A DNA stretch of 64,000 nucleotides from Candidatus Hadarchaeum yellowstonense (GTDB lineage: Archaea > Hadarchaeota > Hadarchaeia > Hadarchaeales > Hadarchaeaceae). Below the pieces are notes generated by a model. The model saw only the letters and a program-made list of their open reading frames with translations. It did not search any database and was not told the origin of the DNA. The DNA lies in the NCBI GenBank assembly GCA_001515205.2, contig LQMQ01000007.1:6028-70027 (forward strand). The letters are read 5' to 3'. Position numbers and translations under genes: made by a program. This document shows, one piece after another, positions 23,997 to 32,931 of this stretch; positions within the stretch are counted from its first letter, which is position 1; each line of letters starts with the position of its first letter.

Positions 23997-26831
23997 ATGG
24001 ATGTTTTTTCCCAATTATCTGAACCCGTGAGGCAGGTCGTCAAGAAGATGGGGCTTAGCAAGCCGACCAAGCCACAGGAGCTGGCCATACCCGCCATCTT
24101 GAGCGGCAGAAACGTGCTGTTGATTGCCCCCACCGGCACGGGAAAAACTGAGGCCGCCCTTCTGCCTGTGCTGAGCCTTTACCTGTCGCAGAAACACCAG
24201 ACCGGGATCAAAATACTCTATATCGCCCCCCTGCGGGCGTTGAACAGGGACATGCTTTCCCGGCTTACAAAAATGTGCCAAGAGTTGGAAATTAACATTG
24301 CGGTCAGACATGGCGACACAACCGCGGTGGAAAGACAGCAGCAAAAGGCGGAGCCGCCGGAAATGCTGATAACAACCCCGGAAACGCTCCAAGCAATACT
24401 GCCCGGAAAAATCATTGGAAAGCACTTGAAAGGTGTGCAGTGGGTAATAGTGGATGAAATCCATGAACTGGCTGCAGACAAAAGGGGCGTCCAGCTTGCG
24501 GTTGGGCTGGAGCGCCTTTCAAAAATTGCCGGTGAGTTCCAGCGCATCGGCCTCTCGGCCACCGTTGGCTCCAAAAATGAAATAGCCAAGTTTCTTGCCG
24601 GTACGGAACGCCAAGTCGAGATTTTGGACGCCTCGATGGAAAAGGAAATGGAAGTCAAGGTTGAAAGCCCAATGCCGACAAAGGACGACGTTGAATTGGC
24701 GGAGCGGCTTTATGTTGACCCCACGATGGCGGCACGGCTCAGAAAACTGCAGGAGCTGATCAATCAACACGAATCGGTGCTGGTCTTCGTTAACACTCGG
24801 GAGACCGCGGAAATGTTGGGATCCAGGCTCAAGCTACTCGACCCCTCGCTCAAGGTGGGGATCCACCACGGCTCCTTGGCCAGAGAGATCCGAATAGAGG
24901 CTGAAGAAGAATTTCGCAACGGGCGTCTGAAAGGACTCATCTGCACCTCATCCATGGAACTTGGCATAGACATCGGTGCGGTGGATCTGGTCGTGCAGTA
25001 CATGTCTCCCCGTCAGGTGACAAGACTGGTTCAGAGAATTGGCCGTTCGGGACACCGCGTGGAGGCGCGCTCCAGAGGAATTGTAATTTCATCCAGCCCC
25101 GACGACATCGCCGAGGCAATGGTCATCGCCAGGAGAGCCTTGGCCAAGGAACTGGAAGGGGAGAGATTCCATGATCTTGCTTTAGACGTCTTGGCTCACC
25201 AGCTCGCTGGAATTTCGCTGGACCGGGGCAAGGCCAGCATCGATGAGGCCCTCTCGCTGCTGAGGCAGGCTTGGCCCTACCGGGGGCTGGACGCGGGCAC
25301 TGTTGAACGCATCCTACAACAACTCAGCTCGGAGGGAATTATGTGGCTGGAAGATGGCCTGTTTAAGCTCCGTCGGCCGGGATTTTCCTACTACTTCACC
25401 AACCTATCGATGATACCGGACACACGACGCTACACCATAAGGGACATCAGCTCCAGAAAAACCGTGGGCACTCTAGATGAGGAATTCGTCGCCTACCACG
25501 GAGATCAGGGCCTAGTCTTCATCATCAAGGGGGAGGCCTGGAAAATAATCGACATCGACCATGAACGGAGGCAAGTTCTGGTTGAGACAAGCAACGACCT
25601 GCTGGGAGCGATCCCCGCCTGGGAAGGGGAGCTGATCCCCGTCCCCTTCGAAGTCGCTCAGGAGGTCGGCTGCCTCAGATCAAGAATCGCTGAACTCCTC
25701 AGCGAGAATCAAACAGTTAAACAGGTGGCCTCCACGCTGGGGAAGGATTATCCCATCGACGAGGACACGGCAAGCTGGCTGGTTGATCAGATTCAAGAAC
25801 AAATCGGCTGTGGGGTCCTTCCAACTCATGAGCTGCTCTTGATTGAAGCCAGCGAAAACTTTGTGGTTCTGCACGCCTGCTTTGGCAGCCTGGTCAACCA
25901 GACAATTGGGCTGGTAGTGGCCGCTCTGCTGACGACAAGGATGGGGGCAAGCGTAGCAATTAAGGTGGATCCTTACCGGATCGCCTTCAAATTGCCGGTT
26001 GAGGCCAGCCCGGAACTCCTCCAGGGCATCCTCGTGGAATTGAAGCCACAACAGCTGCTACCCATCTTGAAAATAATTCTCAAAGACAGTGCCATGTTTA
26101 AGTGGCGCCTCGTGCAGGTGGCCAAGAGATTCGGGGCAATTAAAAGGGATGCCGAGCTCGCTAGGCTGAACCTGCGCCGCCTGGTGAAATCTTTCGAGGG
26201 CACGCCAATATACGAGGAAGCTTTCAGAGAAACGCTGGTGGAAAAGCTCGACGTTGAGAAAACGAGAGAAGTCCTTGGCCTTTTATCAACGGGAAAAATT
26301 AAGATAAAGACATTGATCGGCGCTCCAACACCGCTGGCCTGGCCTGTGTTGAATGAAATCTCTGGTGGTGAGCTGATCATACCCAAACGGGCGGAGCGGG
26401 AAATAATACGTGCACTCAGGCGTAGATTGGATCAACAGGTCGTGCGTCTTCACTGTCTCAACTGCAACGAATGGTCCATCACCACCAGAACCGGTCGCGT
26501 TCCCGATCCACCGGTTTGCCAAAATTGCGGGGCTAGGCTGATCACTCTTTTGCCCCGCGAAAGCCAGCAGCTCATGAACGCAATAAAAAAACACGCTTCA
26601 GGAAAACCCCTCACCGCCGCAGAAGATCGCCTAGTAAAGAGGGCCTTCCAAGCCGCAAACTTGGTTCTGACCTACGGCAAACGAGCGGTGATTGCCCTTT
26701 CCGGCCGTGGCATCGGCCCCCAGACGGCGACCAGAATCCTCGCCAACTGCACGCGGGACGATGATTTTTACCGGGCAATCCTCCAAGCAGAAAAGATCTA
26801 TTCCCGAACCAGACGTTTCTGGGCTACTTGA
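23997..26831 (+). CDS. lhr: Lhr-like large superfamily-2 (DEAD/DEAH) helicase
   Basis: 944 aa with PQELAIPAILSGRNVLLIAPTGTGKTEAA (Q motif and Walker A), VIVDEIHEL (DEIH), GLSATVG, ICTSSMELGIDIG and QRIGRSGHR. A long Lhr-type C-terminal region carries CLNCNEW...CQNCG. Confidence 0.85.
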   Translation: MDVFSQLSEPVRQVVKKMGLSKPTKPQELAIPAILSGRNVLLIAPTGTGKTEAALLPVLSLYLSQKHQTGIKILYIAPLRALNRDMLSRLTKMCQELEINIAVRHGDTTAVERQQQKAEPPEMLITTPETLQAILPGKIIGKHLKGVQWVIVDEIHELAADKRGVQLAVGLERLSKIAGEFQRIGLSATVGSKNEIAKFLAGTERQVEILDASMEKEMEVKVESPMPTKDDVELAERLYVDPTMAARLRKLQELINQHESVLVFVNTRETAEMLGSRLKLLDPSLKVGIHHGSLAREIRIEAEEEFRNGRLKGLICTSSMELGIDIGAVDLVVQYMSPRQVTRLVQRIGRSGHRVEARSRGIVISSSPDDIAEAMVIARRALAKELEGERFHDLALDVLAHQLAGISLDRGKASIDEALSLLRQAWPYRGLDAGTVERILQQLSSEGIMWLEDGLFKLRRPGFSYYFTNLSMIPDTRRYTIRDISSRKTVGTLDEEFVAYHGDQGLVFIIKGEAWKIIDIDHERRQVLVETSNDLLGAIPAWEGELIPVPFEVAQEVGCLRSRIAELLSENQTVKQVASTLGKDYPIDEDTASWLVDQIQEQIGCGVLPTHELLLIEASENFVVLHACFGSLVNQTIGLVVAALLTTRMGASVAIKVDPYRIAFKLPVEASPELLQGILVELKPQQLLPILKIILKDSAMFKWRLVQVAKRFGAIKRDAELARLNLRRLVKSFEGTPIYEEAFRETLVEKLDVEKTREVLGLLSTGKIKIKTLIGAPTPLAWPVLNEISGGELIIPKRAEREIIRALRRRLDQQVVRLHCLNCNEWSITTRTGRVPDPPVCQNCGARLITLLPRESQQLMNAIKKHASGKPLTAAEDRLVKRAFQAANLVLTYGKRAVIALSGRGIGPQTATRILANCTRDDDFYRAILQAEKIYSRTRRFWAT

Positions 26832-26871
26832 GCCGTGACCTGTTCACCGCCGGGAACACAACCTTGCCAAG

Positions 26872-28116
26872 TTAACCGGCAAACAACTTCTGCAACTGTT
26901 CAAGCTTCGGCTCAATGACCTCTGGCCTTTCGACCATTTTCAGCGCGGTAGCAACATCCTTCAGCCCACCGCCGGTTACCTCAACCACAACGACATCGGA
27001 TCTGGAGATAACCCCGCCGTCAAGCAATTTTTTCAATCCCGCCAGCCCCGCTGCTCCAGAGGGCTCGGCGAAAATCCCCTCGCTTCTGGCCAAACGCTTG
27101 ACGGCCTCCAGTATCTCGGCGTCATTTACCGTCTCCGCAGTTCCCCCCGAACGCTTGATCGCTGGAATCGCTGTGTCGGCATCCCAAGGATAGGGGTCAA
27201 TCAACCCTCCCGCGACCGTCCTCGGGTCGGGCCAAGGGGGAATTTCATAGGGCGGCGTCCCCTCCCTAAAAGCCTTGACGATGGGGGCACAACCCTCTGC
27301 CTGAATAGCAACGAGCCTGGGCACCCCCTTTATCAAACCGATCTGTTCAAACTCAAAGTAACCCTTGGCGTTGCCGGAAAGGAGAGTTCCGGCCCCGGTG
27401 GGGACGATCACCCAGTCGGGGGCTTGCCAGCCAAGCTGTTCACATATTTCATAAGAGATCGTCTTTGAGCCCTCCGGCTGGTAAGGATTGAACGCCCCTC
27501 CGCTGGGTATCGGGTGCCAGCCAAATTTCTTCCATGATTGCAGCATGAGCTGATAGGTTGGATCACCAGCCCCGCCCTCCTTGGGCTGAACGACGCGCGC
27601 CCCGTGCATCAGCAGCTGGGCCACCTTGCTCTCAGGGGCTCCCGCGGGAACGTATGCATAACATTTAATTCCGGCCTTTGCCGCATAGGCCGCAAGCGCT
27701 ATTGCGGCATTACCGCTCGAAGCGCACACCACCGTGCGGGCCCCAAACTCCACGGCCTTCGACACCCCAACGCTCATGGGTCTGTCCTTAAAAGAAGAGG
27801 TCGGGTTCCGCGTCTCGTCCTTCAAAAAAAGATACTTCATTTTCAGCTCTTTCGCCAGATTTCTTGCCGGAATCAGCGGTGTGCCCCCCTCCCCCAGAGA
27901 GACAATGTTCTTTTTTCTCGCCAGCGGCAGCAACTCAAAATACTTCCAGACGCCGCCCCTTCTTTTGCTCAGCTCGATCCTACTGATCTTTGCTGCCACG
28001 GCCTCGTAATCATAGATCACGTCGAGCTTTCCGCCGCACTTCCCGCAGGTGTAGAGCCCCCGCGAGGGGCGATGTCTTCTGCCACACCTGAGACACCTCA
28101 GCTCCAAAATGGGCAA
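26872..28116 (-). CDS. thrC: Threonine synthase (PLP-dependent, with N-terminal zinc ribbon)
   Basis: 414 aa with CLRCGRRH...CGKCGG, PTSSFKDRPMS (PLP lysine) and VPTGAGTLLSG. The TTG start is preceded by GAAGGTGA. A cysteate-synthase-like paralogue cannot be excluded. Confidence 0.8.
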   Translation of the reverse strand: MPILELRCLRCGRRHRPSRGLYTCGKCGGKLDVIYDYEAVAAKISRIELSKRRGGVWKYFELLPLARKKNIVSLGEGGTPLIPARNLAKELKMKYLFLKDETRNPTSSFKDRPMSVGVSKAVEFGARTVVCASSGNAAIALAAYAAKAGIKCYAYVPAGAPESKVAQLLMHGARVVQPKEGGAGDPTYQLMLQSWKKFGWHPIPSGGAFNPYQPEGSKTISYEICEQLGWQAPDWVIVPTGAGTLLSGNAKGYFEFEQIGLIKGVPRLVAIQAEGCAPIVKAFREGTPPYEIPPWPDPRTVAGGLIDPYPWDADTAIPAIKRSGGTAETVNDAEILEAVKRLARSEGIFAEPSGAAGLAGLKKLLDGGVISRSDVVVVEVTGGGLKDVATALKMVERPEVIEPKLEQLQKLFAG

Positions 28117-28154
28117 TTTTTCACCTTCTGGTTTTTATCCCCGAAGATAATGAA

Positions 28155-28787
28155 GTGCCCTGCAGTTTTAAATCCCCCTACGCTCAAACTTTTATGGGAG
28201 ATGGAATGACGGTTGATATCTGGATCGAAATATTTCTGGTCGCTATCATTCTAATTCTTCTGGGTTGGATCCTTTACTCCGGCGGCGGGTCGCGCCACCG
28301 CAAGTTGCAGCAGGAAATCGCTGCCCAGCGGGAGGAGCTGAGGGTGCTGAGAGAAGCCAACGAATCGCTGCGCAACGCACTCGGGATCAGCGAAGAGGGC
28401 AAACTGAGACGCTATCAGGAGATATTTCAGTTTGTCAGGGATCTGGAAAGCCTCCGAGCAGCCATAGCCGGCTCGACCATCTCCCAGAAGGTCCTTCGCG
28501 ACAAATATGGTGAGGTTCAAGGAGCTGAACTCCTCCAAAAAATAATGGACGCTAGGCCAAACATTGACCCCGCGGTGAAGAGAAGGCTGGCCGACGAGAT
28601 CTTGGTGGGTGAAGCCGGCAGGACAATTATGAAAAGCCTGGATCGGGGGGCATCAATCGATCGAGCCGCCTCCGCTGCCGGCATGCCTTTGATCGTGGCC
28701 AAGGGACAGATCAGGAGGCTCCAGATACTGGGCTACTTGGACTCAAGGCTGAAACCAACGGAACTTGGACGCCGGGCCTTAGAATGA
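28155..28787 (+). CDS. Hypothetical membrane-anchored coiled-coil protein with C-terminal HTH-like domain
   Basis: A TM helix (IWIEIFLVAIILILLGWILY), a coiled coil (KLQQEIAAQREELRVLREANESLRNAL) and a C-terminal ASIDRAASAAGMPLIVAKGQIRRLQILGYLDSRLKPTELGRRALE. The true start is probably ATG 28194 or 28206. Confidence 0.5.
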   Translation: MPCSFKSPYAQTFMGDGMTVDIWIEIFLVAIILILLGWILYSGGGSRHRKLQQEIAAQREELRVLREANESLRNALGISEEGKLRRYQEIFQFVRDLESLRAAIAGSTISQKVLRDKYGEVQGAELLQKIMDARPNIDPAVKRRLADEILVGEAGRTIMKSLDRGASIDRAASAAGMPLIVAKGQIRRLQILGYLDSRLKPTELGRRALE

Positions 28788-29006
28788 AAGGCTTCCCGCC
28801 AGACTTGACCACTGAGTGCCAGATTCTTTAGTACATCCATATCAACTTGGGCACGCCTGGGAAACCATATCCTCCTTTGAATCTCGCCGGCTCCCGTCGG
28901 GCAAAAATCTGCCGACCTTTTACCAAAAGAATCGCGACTAAAGCCTGGCGCTGCCGGACTTCCGTAAAACGTAAAAAGCGAGGTCATAGTTTATAGTGGG
29001 AGGAAA

Positions 29007-29972
29007 ATGGTCAGCCTTGGCAGAAATTTCAAAAACTGCCTGTTAATAGAACACCTTGAGGGGCAGGAAAAATTCGCCTTCATGAAAGGAGAGCTTAGCC
29101 TAACCTCGATTAACCCGGCTGCCCTGAAGGCTAAAAGAAACATCGAAAGACAAATCAAGGTTATTTCGGATCTCGGAATGACCCACCTTGAAATCGAACT
29201 GGATTCCACCGATGCCTATCTGGACTTTGACGCCGAGAGGAGAAAAAAGATCAATGAACTTGCCAGATCAAATGGGCTGACCCTGTCTTTGAATCTCCCC
29301 TCCTCATTCGCTAATGGTGGCGTCTGCTCCCTCAGGGAAGAGGACAGGGAGGCTGCCACCGAAATTCAAAAACGCCACATACAGTTGGCCGCAGACATTG
29401 GCGCCATCCACGTGACCCTACCCCCTGGAAACATCCCACCGGAAAACAGGGTGGAGAATTACCGGGAGATGGCGCACAGCTCCCTTGTCAACAGCTTGCT
29501 GGAGCTGGGAAAATTTGCCAGCGGGCTGGGCCTGAACCTCCACTTGGAGAACAACACCGCCTTTGAAGGGATCTGCTGTGAGATCGACGAATGCCTCGCG
29601 TTGGTAAAGAGGGTCAGGGAACAGGGGGTGCCACTCTACTTTAACTTTGACCTTGGAAACTGGCTAACCAGAGCTGAATTCACGCCACCGCCAGCAGAGC
29701 CGGAAAGTTCCCTTGCGCCAATACCGCCCGATTACATTAAGGAAGTGCGTTTAAGTGACTACATCCCGGGGGAAATGATTCTCCGGCCGCCGCTGCACCT
29801 GGAGTGGGGGATGCTAAAGCATTCAAACCTCAAGCGCTACGCCAGGATGGTAAAAATAAAAAAGGTGGAAACCGTCGTCGTGGAAACGGAGATAAGAAGT
29901 ATTGAACAGGCACTGAATTACAAAGATCTCCTCCGCAACGAGACCGATTATCTAGCTCACCTTTTCCAGTAG
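29007..29972 (+). CDS. Xylose-isomerase-like TIM-barrel protein (sugar phosphate isomerase/epimerase / AP-endonuclease-2 superfamily)
   Basis: 321 aa with GMTHLEIELD, IHVTLPPG, GLNLHLENN and YFNFDLGNW in the spacing expected for this fold. A GGGAGG Shine-Dalgarno precedes the ATG. Confidence 0.55.
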   Translation: MVSLGRNFKNCLLIEHLEGQEKFAFMKGELSLTSINPAALKAKRNIERQIKVISDLGMTHLEIELDSTDAYLDFDAERRKKINELARSNGLTLSLNLPSSFANGGVCSLREEDREAATEIQKRHIQLAADIGAIHVTLPPGNIPPENRVENYREMAHSSLVNSLLELGKFASGLGLNLHLENNTAFEGICCEIDECLALVKRVREQGVPLYFNFDLGNWLTRAEFTPPPAEPESSLAPIPPDYIKEVRLSDYIPGEMILRPPLHLEWGMLKHSNLKRYARMVKIKKVETVVVETEIRSIEQALNYKDLLRNETDYLAHLFQ

Positions 29973-29989
29973 GTCTTCCAGAACCAATC

Positions 29990-30610
29990 CTACTTCAGCA
30001 GTTTGGCAATCTCTTCATCAGAAAGTTCCCGATAACCATTCTTGTCAATGACCGCCACGACCGTCTTGTCGCCAGTGGCTGCATCCCTCTCTATGGCCGT
30101 TTTTATTGACCGCGCTGCCAGCCTAGTACACTCCTCCAGAGACATGTCCTCACGATACATTTGCTCCAAGACACCGTAAGCAATCGTCGAGCCTGTCCCC
30201 GCGCTGGCGAACTTCTCCTCCTCGATTTTCCCACCCACCGGGTCGAGGAAATACAGGCAGGGCCCACTCGGATCTATGCCGGCTATCACCCCGGCGACGA
30301 TGTAAGGAAAGGCCCTTCTTCCGAAAAGAAGGTTTGAAGCCACCTGCACCAGCCCCTTCGTCGATATTGGGCGGCCCTGATTCAGCCGATAAAGGTTGGC
30401 CTCGGCCCTGAGCAGGCTCACGAAGCTCTGAATATCGCCGGAGTTGCCTGAAATCGCGGCGCCGATGAATTCCTCCAGCTTGAAAATTTTAGGAACACGT
30501 TTGCTGATCACCAGATAATACGAGGTTCCCCGGCTGTCTGAAGCGAGGGCGATTCCCTCCTTGCACCTCAGGCCAACGATGGTGCCGGTAAATCCAAACA
30601 TAGCGATCAC
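29990..30610 (-). CDS. psmB: 20S proteasome beta subunit
   Basis: 206 aa. MIAMFGFTG/TIVGLRCKEGIALASDSRGT...KIFKL...ISGNSGDIQ...YGVLEQMY...ERDAATGD parallels archaeal PsmB along the whole length. Confidence 0.9.
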   Translation of the reverse strand: MIAMFGFTGTIVGLRCKEGIALASDSRGTSYYLVISKRVPKIFKLEEFIGAAISGNSGDIQSFVSLLRAEANLYRLNQGRPISTKGLVQVASNLLFGRRAFPYIVAGVIAGIDPSGPCLYFLDPVGGKIEEEKFASAGTGSTIAYGVLEQMYREDMSLEECTRLAARSIKTAIERDAATGDKTVVAVIDKNGYRELSDEEIAKLLK

Positions 30611-30638
30611 AATTTACTAAACCTATGGATTATAATAA

Positions 30639-32183
30639 TTATCGCCTAGCCATAACCGCGGCGAACAAGACCACCGCCGTAACGAGAACACCGAATAAAA
30701 GGAAGATCGTGAGATCCGGTGGTGGTGTGGTTGGCGATGGGGTCAACTCAGGAGATGATGTTGCCGGCGAGGTTGGCTCCCGAGGTGGAGTTGTCAACGT
30801 TGGTGATGAAGTTACCACAGCAGCTATCGTGACCTTATCACTGCTTTTGGAAAGGAAAGCATTGAACCTGCTGTCGGAACTTTCAAAGACTACGCTCGAG
30901 TTCAGTTGCTGGGTGGTGCCATAAGCAGGTTCTTTAACTCTGACGGCAAAGCTGGTGATCCATTGTTCCTGACTGGCGAGAGCCGCCTTTTCCCGTTTAG
31001 TTGTCAAGGCCTCAAACATCGCATTGTCGAGATGCAGCTCAGCAACGAGGTTTCTAACCCCTTCCCTTCCCATGTTTTTCACAGTAAGCATTACCGTCAT
31101 TATTCCATTTTCTAATTGGGGTGACGCCTGCAAAAGAGACTGAAGCAATATTTCAGCTTCTATTGTGCCGGTGGAGTTAACTAGGAGTTCGGTTGGCTGC
31201 CCGGAATAGAACTCAAAGTTCCAGCTAACATGGCCCGGGCTTGGCCAACTAATGCCATCAGGATTTACCGCCTCGTCACCGCCAACCGAAGCTCCAGCGA
31301 TGTGGGTGTAATCCATACGGCCGAATGAACCCACATATCTCGGCCAAACGGCATCTGCCGGTATCCATCCATAATTGGGCAGATAGAAGATCACGTATGC
31401 ATGGCCCAAAACATCTGCGTTCTCTGAAACACCGGCCGGGTTGTAAAGGGGCAAAAACGCATAACCGGAGACAACCTTGGCCGGAATTCCAGCGGCCCTC
31501 AGCAGCGCGACCATCAAGTTGGAAAATTCCGTGCAGTCTCCCCTTCCATTCTGCAGGGCCCAGAGGGCGCCGTGTTCCACGGGCTGTGTCTCATATCGCA
31601 GCAGAGAACCACCACCGGTCTTCTCGACCAGCTGATCAAAAATCTGCCTGGCCTTCTGGTAAAAGTTATTCGTGTTTTCGGTGAACCGCTGCGCCAAGAG
31701 CCGGATTTCCGGGTCATCGCTTTCCCACAGACCCGCCACCGGCTGAGTGTAGATAAGCAATTCCTGTGGAATCTCGGTTCCCACCTTCTCGGGGTCAACC
31801 TCCAAATCAACTGCCCCCACCTTCAAAACCTGGACAACTTCTACCACCTTTGTCTCCCCCGGGGCCAGATCTCCCAGCGCTATCTTTGTCCACCGGTTGT
31901 CCTCGGTCTCCACTATCTCAGGAAAAATCTCCTCACCATCAAGAGTTATCCTCTCGCTGATGACCTCCTGATTACCCCAGCCTGAAACCCTGCCGAAGAG
32001 ATATACTCCCACGTTGACGTTGACGGCCTCATTCTGCCCCGTGTTCTGGACTCGATAGGTCATTTTGATGGTGTAGACTGCGGCTTCCTGGGGCTGAGCA
32101 CTGGCGAGGGGCGCCGAAAGCAGCAGCAGAAAAACGACCAACAGCAGCAATTTCTTCATAGCCACCAGAAAACTTTGACCCAC
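30639..32183 (-). CDS. Secreted, C-terminally anchored transglutaminase-like (Cys-His-Asp) protein
   Basis: 514 aa with a signal peptide (KKLLLLVVFLLLLSAPLASA) and the transglutaminase core GRGDCTEFSNLMVALLRAAGIPAKVVSGY ... GHAYVIFYLPNYGWIPADA. A Ser/Thr/Pro-rich stalk (SSPTLTTPPREPTSPATSSPELTPSPTTPPP) is followed by a TM helix and a basic end. Confidence 0.8.
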   Translation of the reverse strand: MGQSFLVAMKKLLLLVVFLLLLSAPLASAQPQEAAVYTIKMTYRVQNTGQNEAVNVNVGVYLFGRVSGWGNQEVISERITLDGEEIFPEIVETEDNRWTKIALGDLAPGETKVVEVVQVLKVGAVDLEVDPEKVGTEIPQELLIYTQPVAGLWESDDPEIRLLAQRFTENTNNFYQKARQIFDQLVEKTGGGSLLRYETQPVEHGALWALQNGRGDCTEFSNLMVALLRAAGIPAKVVSGYAFLPLYNPAGVSENADVLGHAYVIFYLPNYGWIPADAVWPRYVGSFGRMDYTHIAGASVGGDEAVNPDGISWPSPGHVSWNFEFYSGQPTELLVNSTGTIEAEILLQSLLQASPQLENGIMTVMLTVKNMGREGVRNLVAELHLDNAMFEALTTKREKAALASQEQWITSFAVRVKEPAYGTTQQLNSSVVFESSDSRFNAFLSKSSDKVTIAAVVTSSPTLTTPPREPTSPATSSPELTPSPTTPPPDLTIFLLFGVLVTAVVLFAAVMARR

Positions 32184-32262
32184 ATCATTAAAAGATCTCC
32201 AGCTTACCCCGCCCTGTTTTATCCCTTATTAAAACCTCTCCCGCAAAGCAGCGGCGGGGAAA

Positions 32263-32931
32263 ATGTCTGAAAAGGCGACAATCAAATTGAGCTTGATCTG
32301 TTCTTTGGTCGGTCTGGTCACCATATATGCGGCCGCCATGTTGGCCCGTCCCAAAGTCACCCCAATTGCCAGCCTGAACAATGGCTTCGTCGGCCTCAGG
32401 GTCTTAGTATCGGGACAGGTGATAGACTACCGCGAACATGAAGAGGGCCACCTTTTTCTGAAGTTGAAGGACTCCTCCGGTGGGGTGATCAGCGTGCCCA
32501 TATTCTCCAGAACCCGCACCCAGATGGAAGAATCAATTGAACTGCTGGATGTGGTTGAGGTCAACGGAGAAGTAACGGTCTACCAGGGTGAACTCGAAGT
32601 GATCCCGGGAGGAGCCAAGGACATTAAAGTTATCCACGTGGCGCCGGTGTCATTGTCCAGCATTACTGAGGAAAACGTGGGCATGCCGGTCAAGGTTCAG
32701 GGGGTAATATCAAAACGGGAAATCGTCGGGGGTGGCAACATTCTTCTGACCTTGCAGGAGGATGGAGGCCAGCTGCAGATATTCATCCCATCTTGGATAG
32801 CTGAAAACGGCCTGCCCGAGATGCACGTGGGCGACACCATCCGGGCAGACGGCTGGATTCAACTCTATAACGGAAAAATAGAGCTAAAGCTAACCAGTGC
32901 TTCACACCTGCACCTAGTCGAGGATGGCTAG
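32263..32931 (+). CDS. Membrane-anchored protein with two tandem OB-fold (tRNA_anti-like nucleic-acid-binding) domains
   Basis: 222 aa with an N-terminal TM helix, then two repeats of the pattern VxVxGxVxxxxxxxxGxxxLxLxDxxGxxxxxxx (LRVLVSGQVIDYREHEEGHLFLKLKDSSGGVISVPIF and PVKVQGVISKREIVGGGNILLTLQEDGGQLQIFIP). Confidence 0.6.
   Translation: MSEKATIKLSLICSLVGLVTIYAAAMLARPKVTPIASLNNGFVGLRVLVSGQVIDYREHEEGHLFLKLKDSSGGVISVPIFSRTRTQMEESIELLDVVEVNGEVTVYQGELEVIPGGAKDIKVIHVAPVSLSSITEENVGMPVKVQGVISKREIVGGGNILLTLQEDGGQLQIFIPSWIAENGLPEMHVGDTIRADGWIQLYNGKIELKLTSASHLHLVEDG

Noticed and set aside
28788-29006. 219-bp spacer examined for a riboswitch or ncRNA, and the 84-aa minus-strand ORF 28733-28987.
   Set aside because: Only short hairpins of 4-6 bp are present, and the complementary segments are non-nested. 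I could see no match to the fluoride, TPP, SAM or preQ1 consensus cores. The ORF has no start context or motif and overlaps the preceding gene's end. A computational covariance scan would still be worthwhile.
29990-32183. Proteasome beta gene adjacent to a transglutaminase-like gene, considered as an Anbu/transglutaminase/ATP-grasp-type peptide-modification operon.
   Set aside because: The beta subunit is a full-length 20S PsmB homologue, not Anbu. The transglutaminase-like protein has a signal peptide, an S/T/P stalk and a TM anchor, so it is extracellular. No ATP-grasp or alpha-E genes are present. The adjacency is probably fortuitous.
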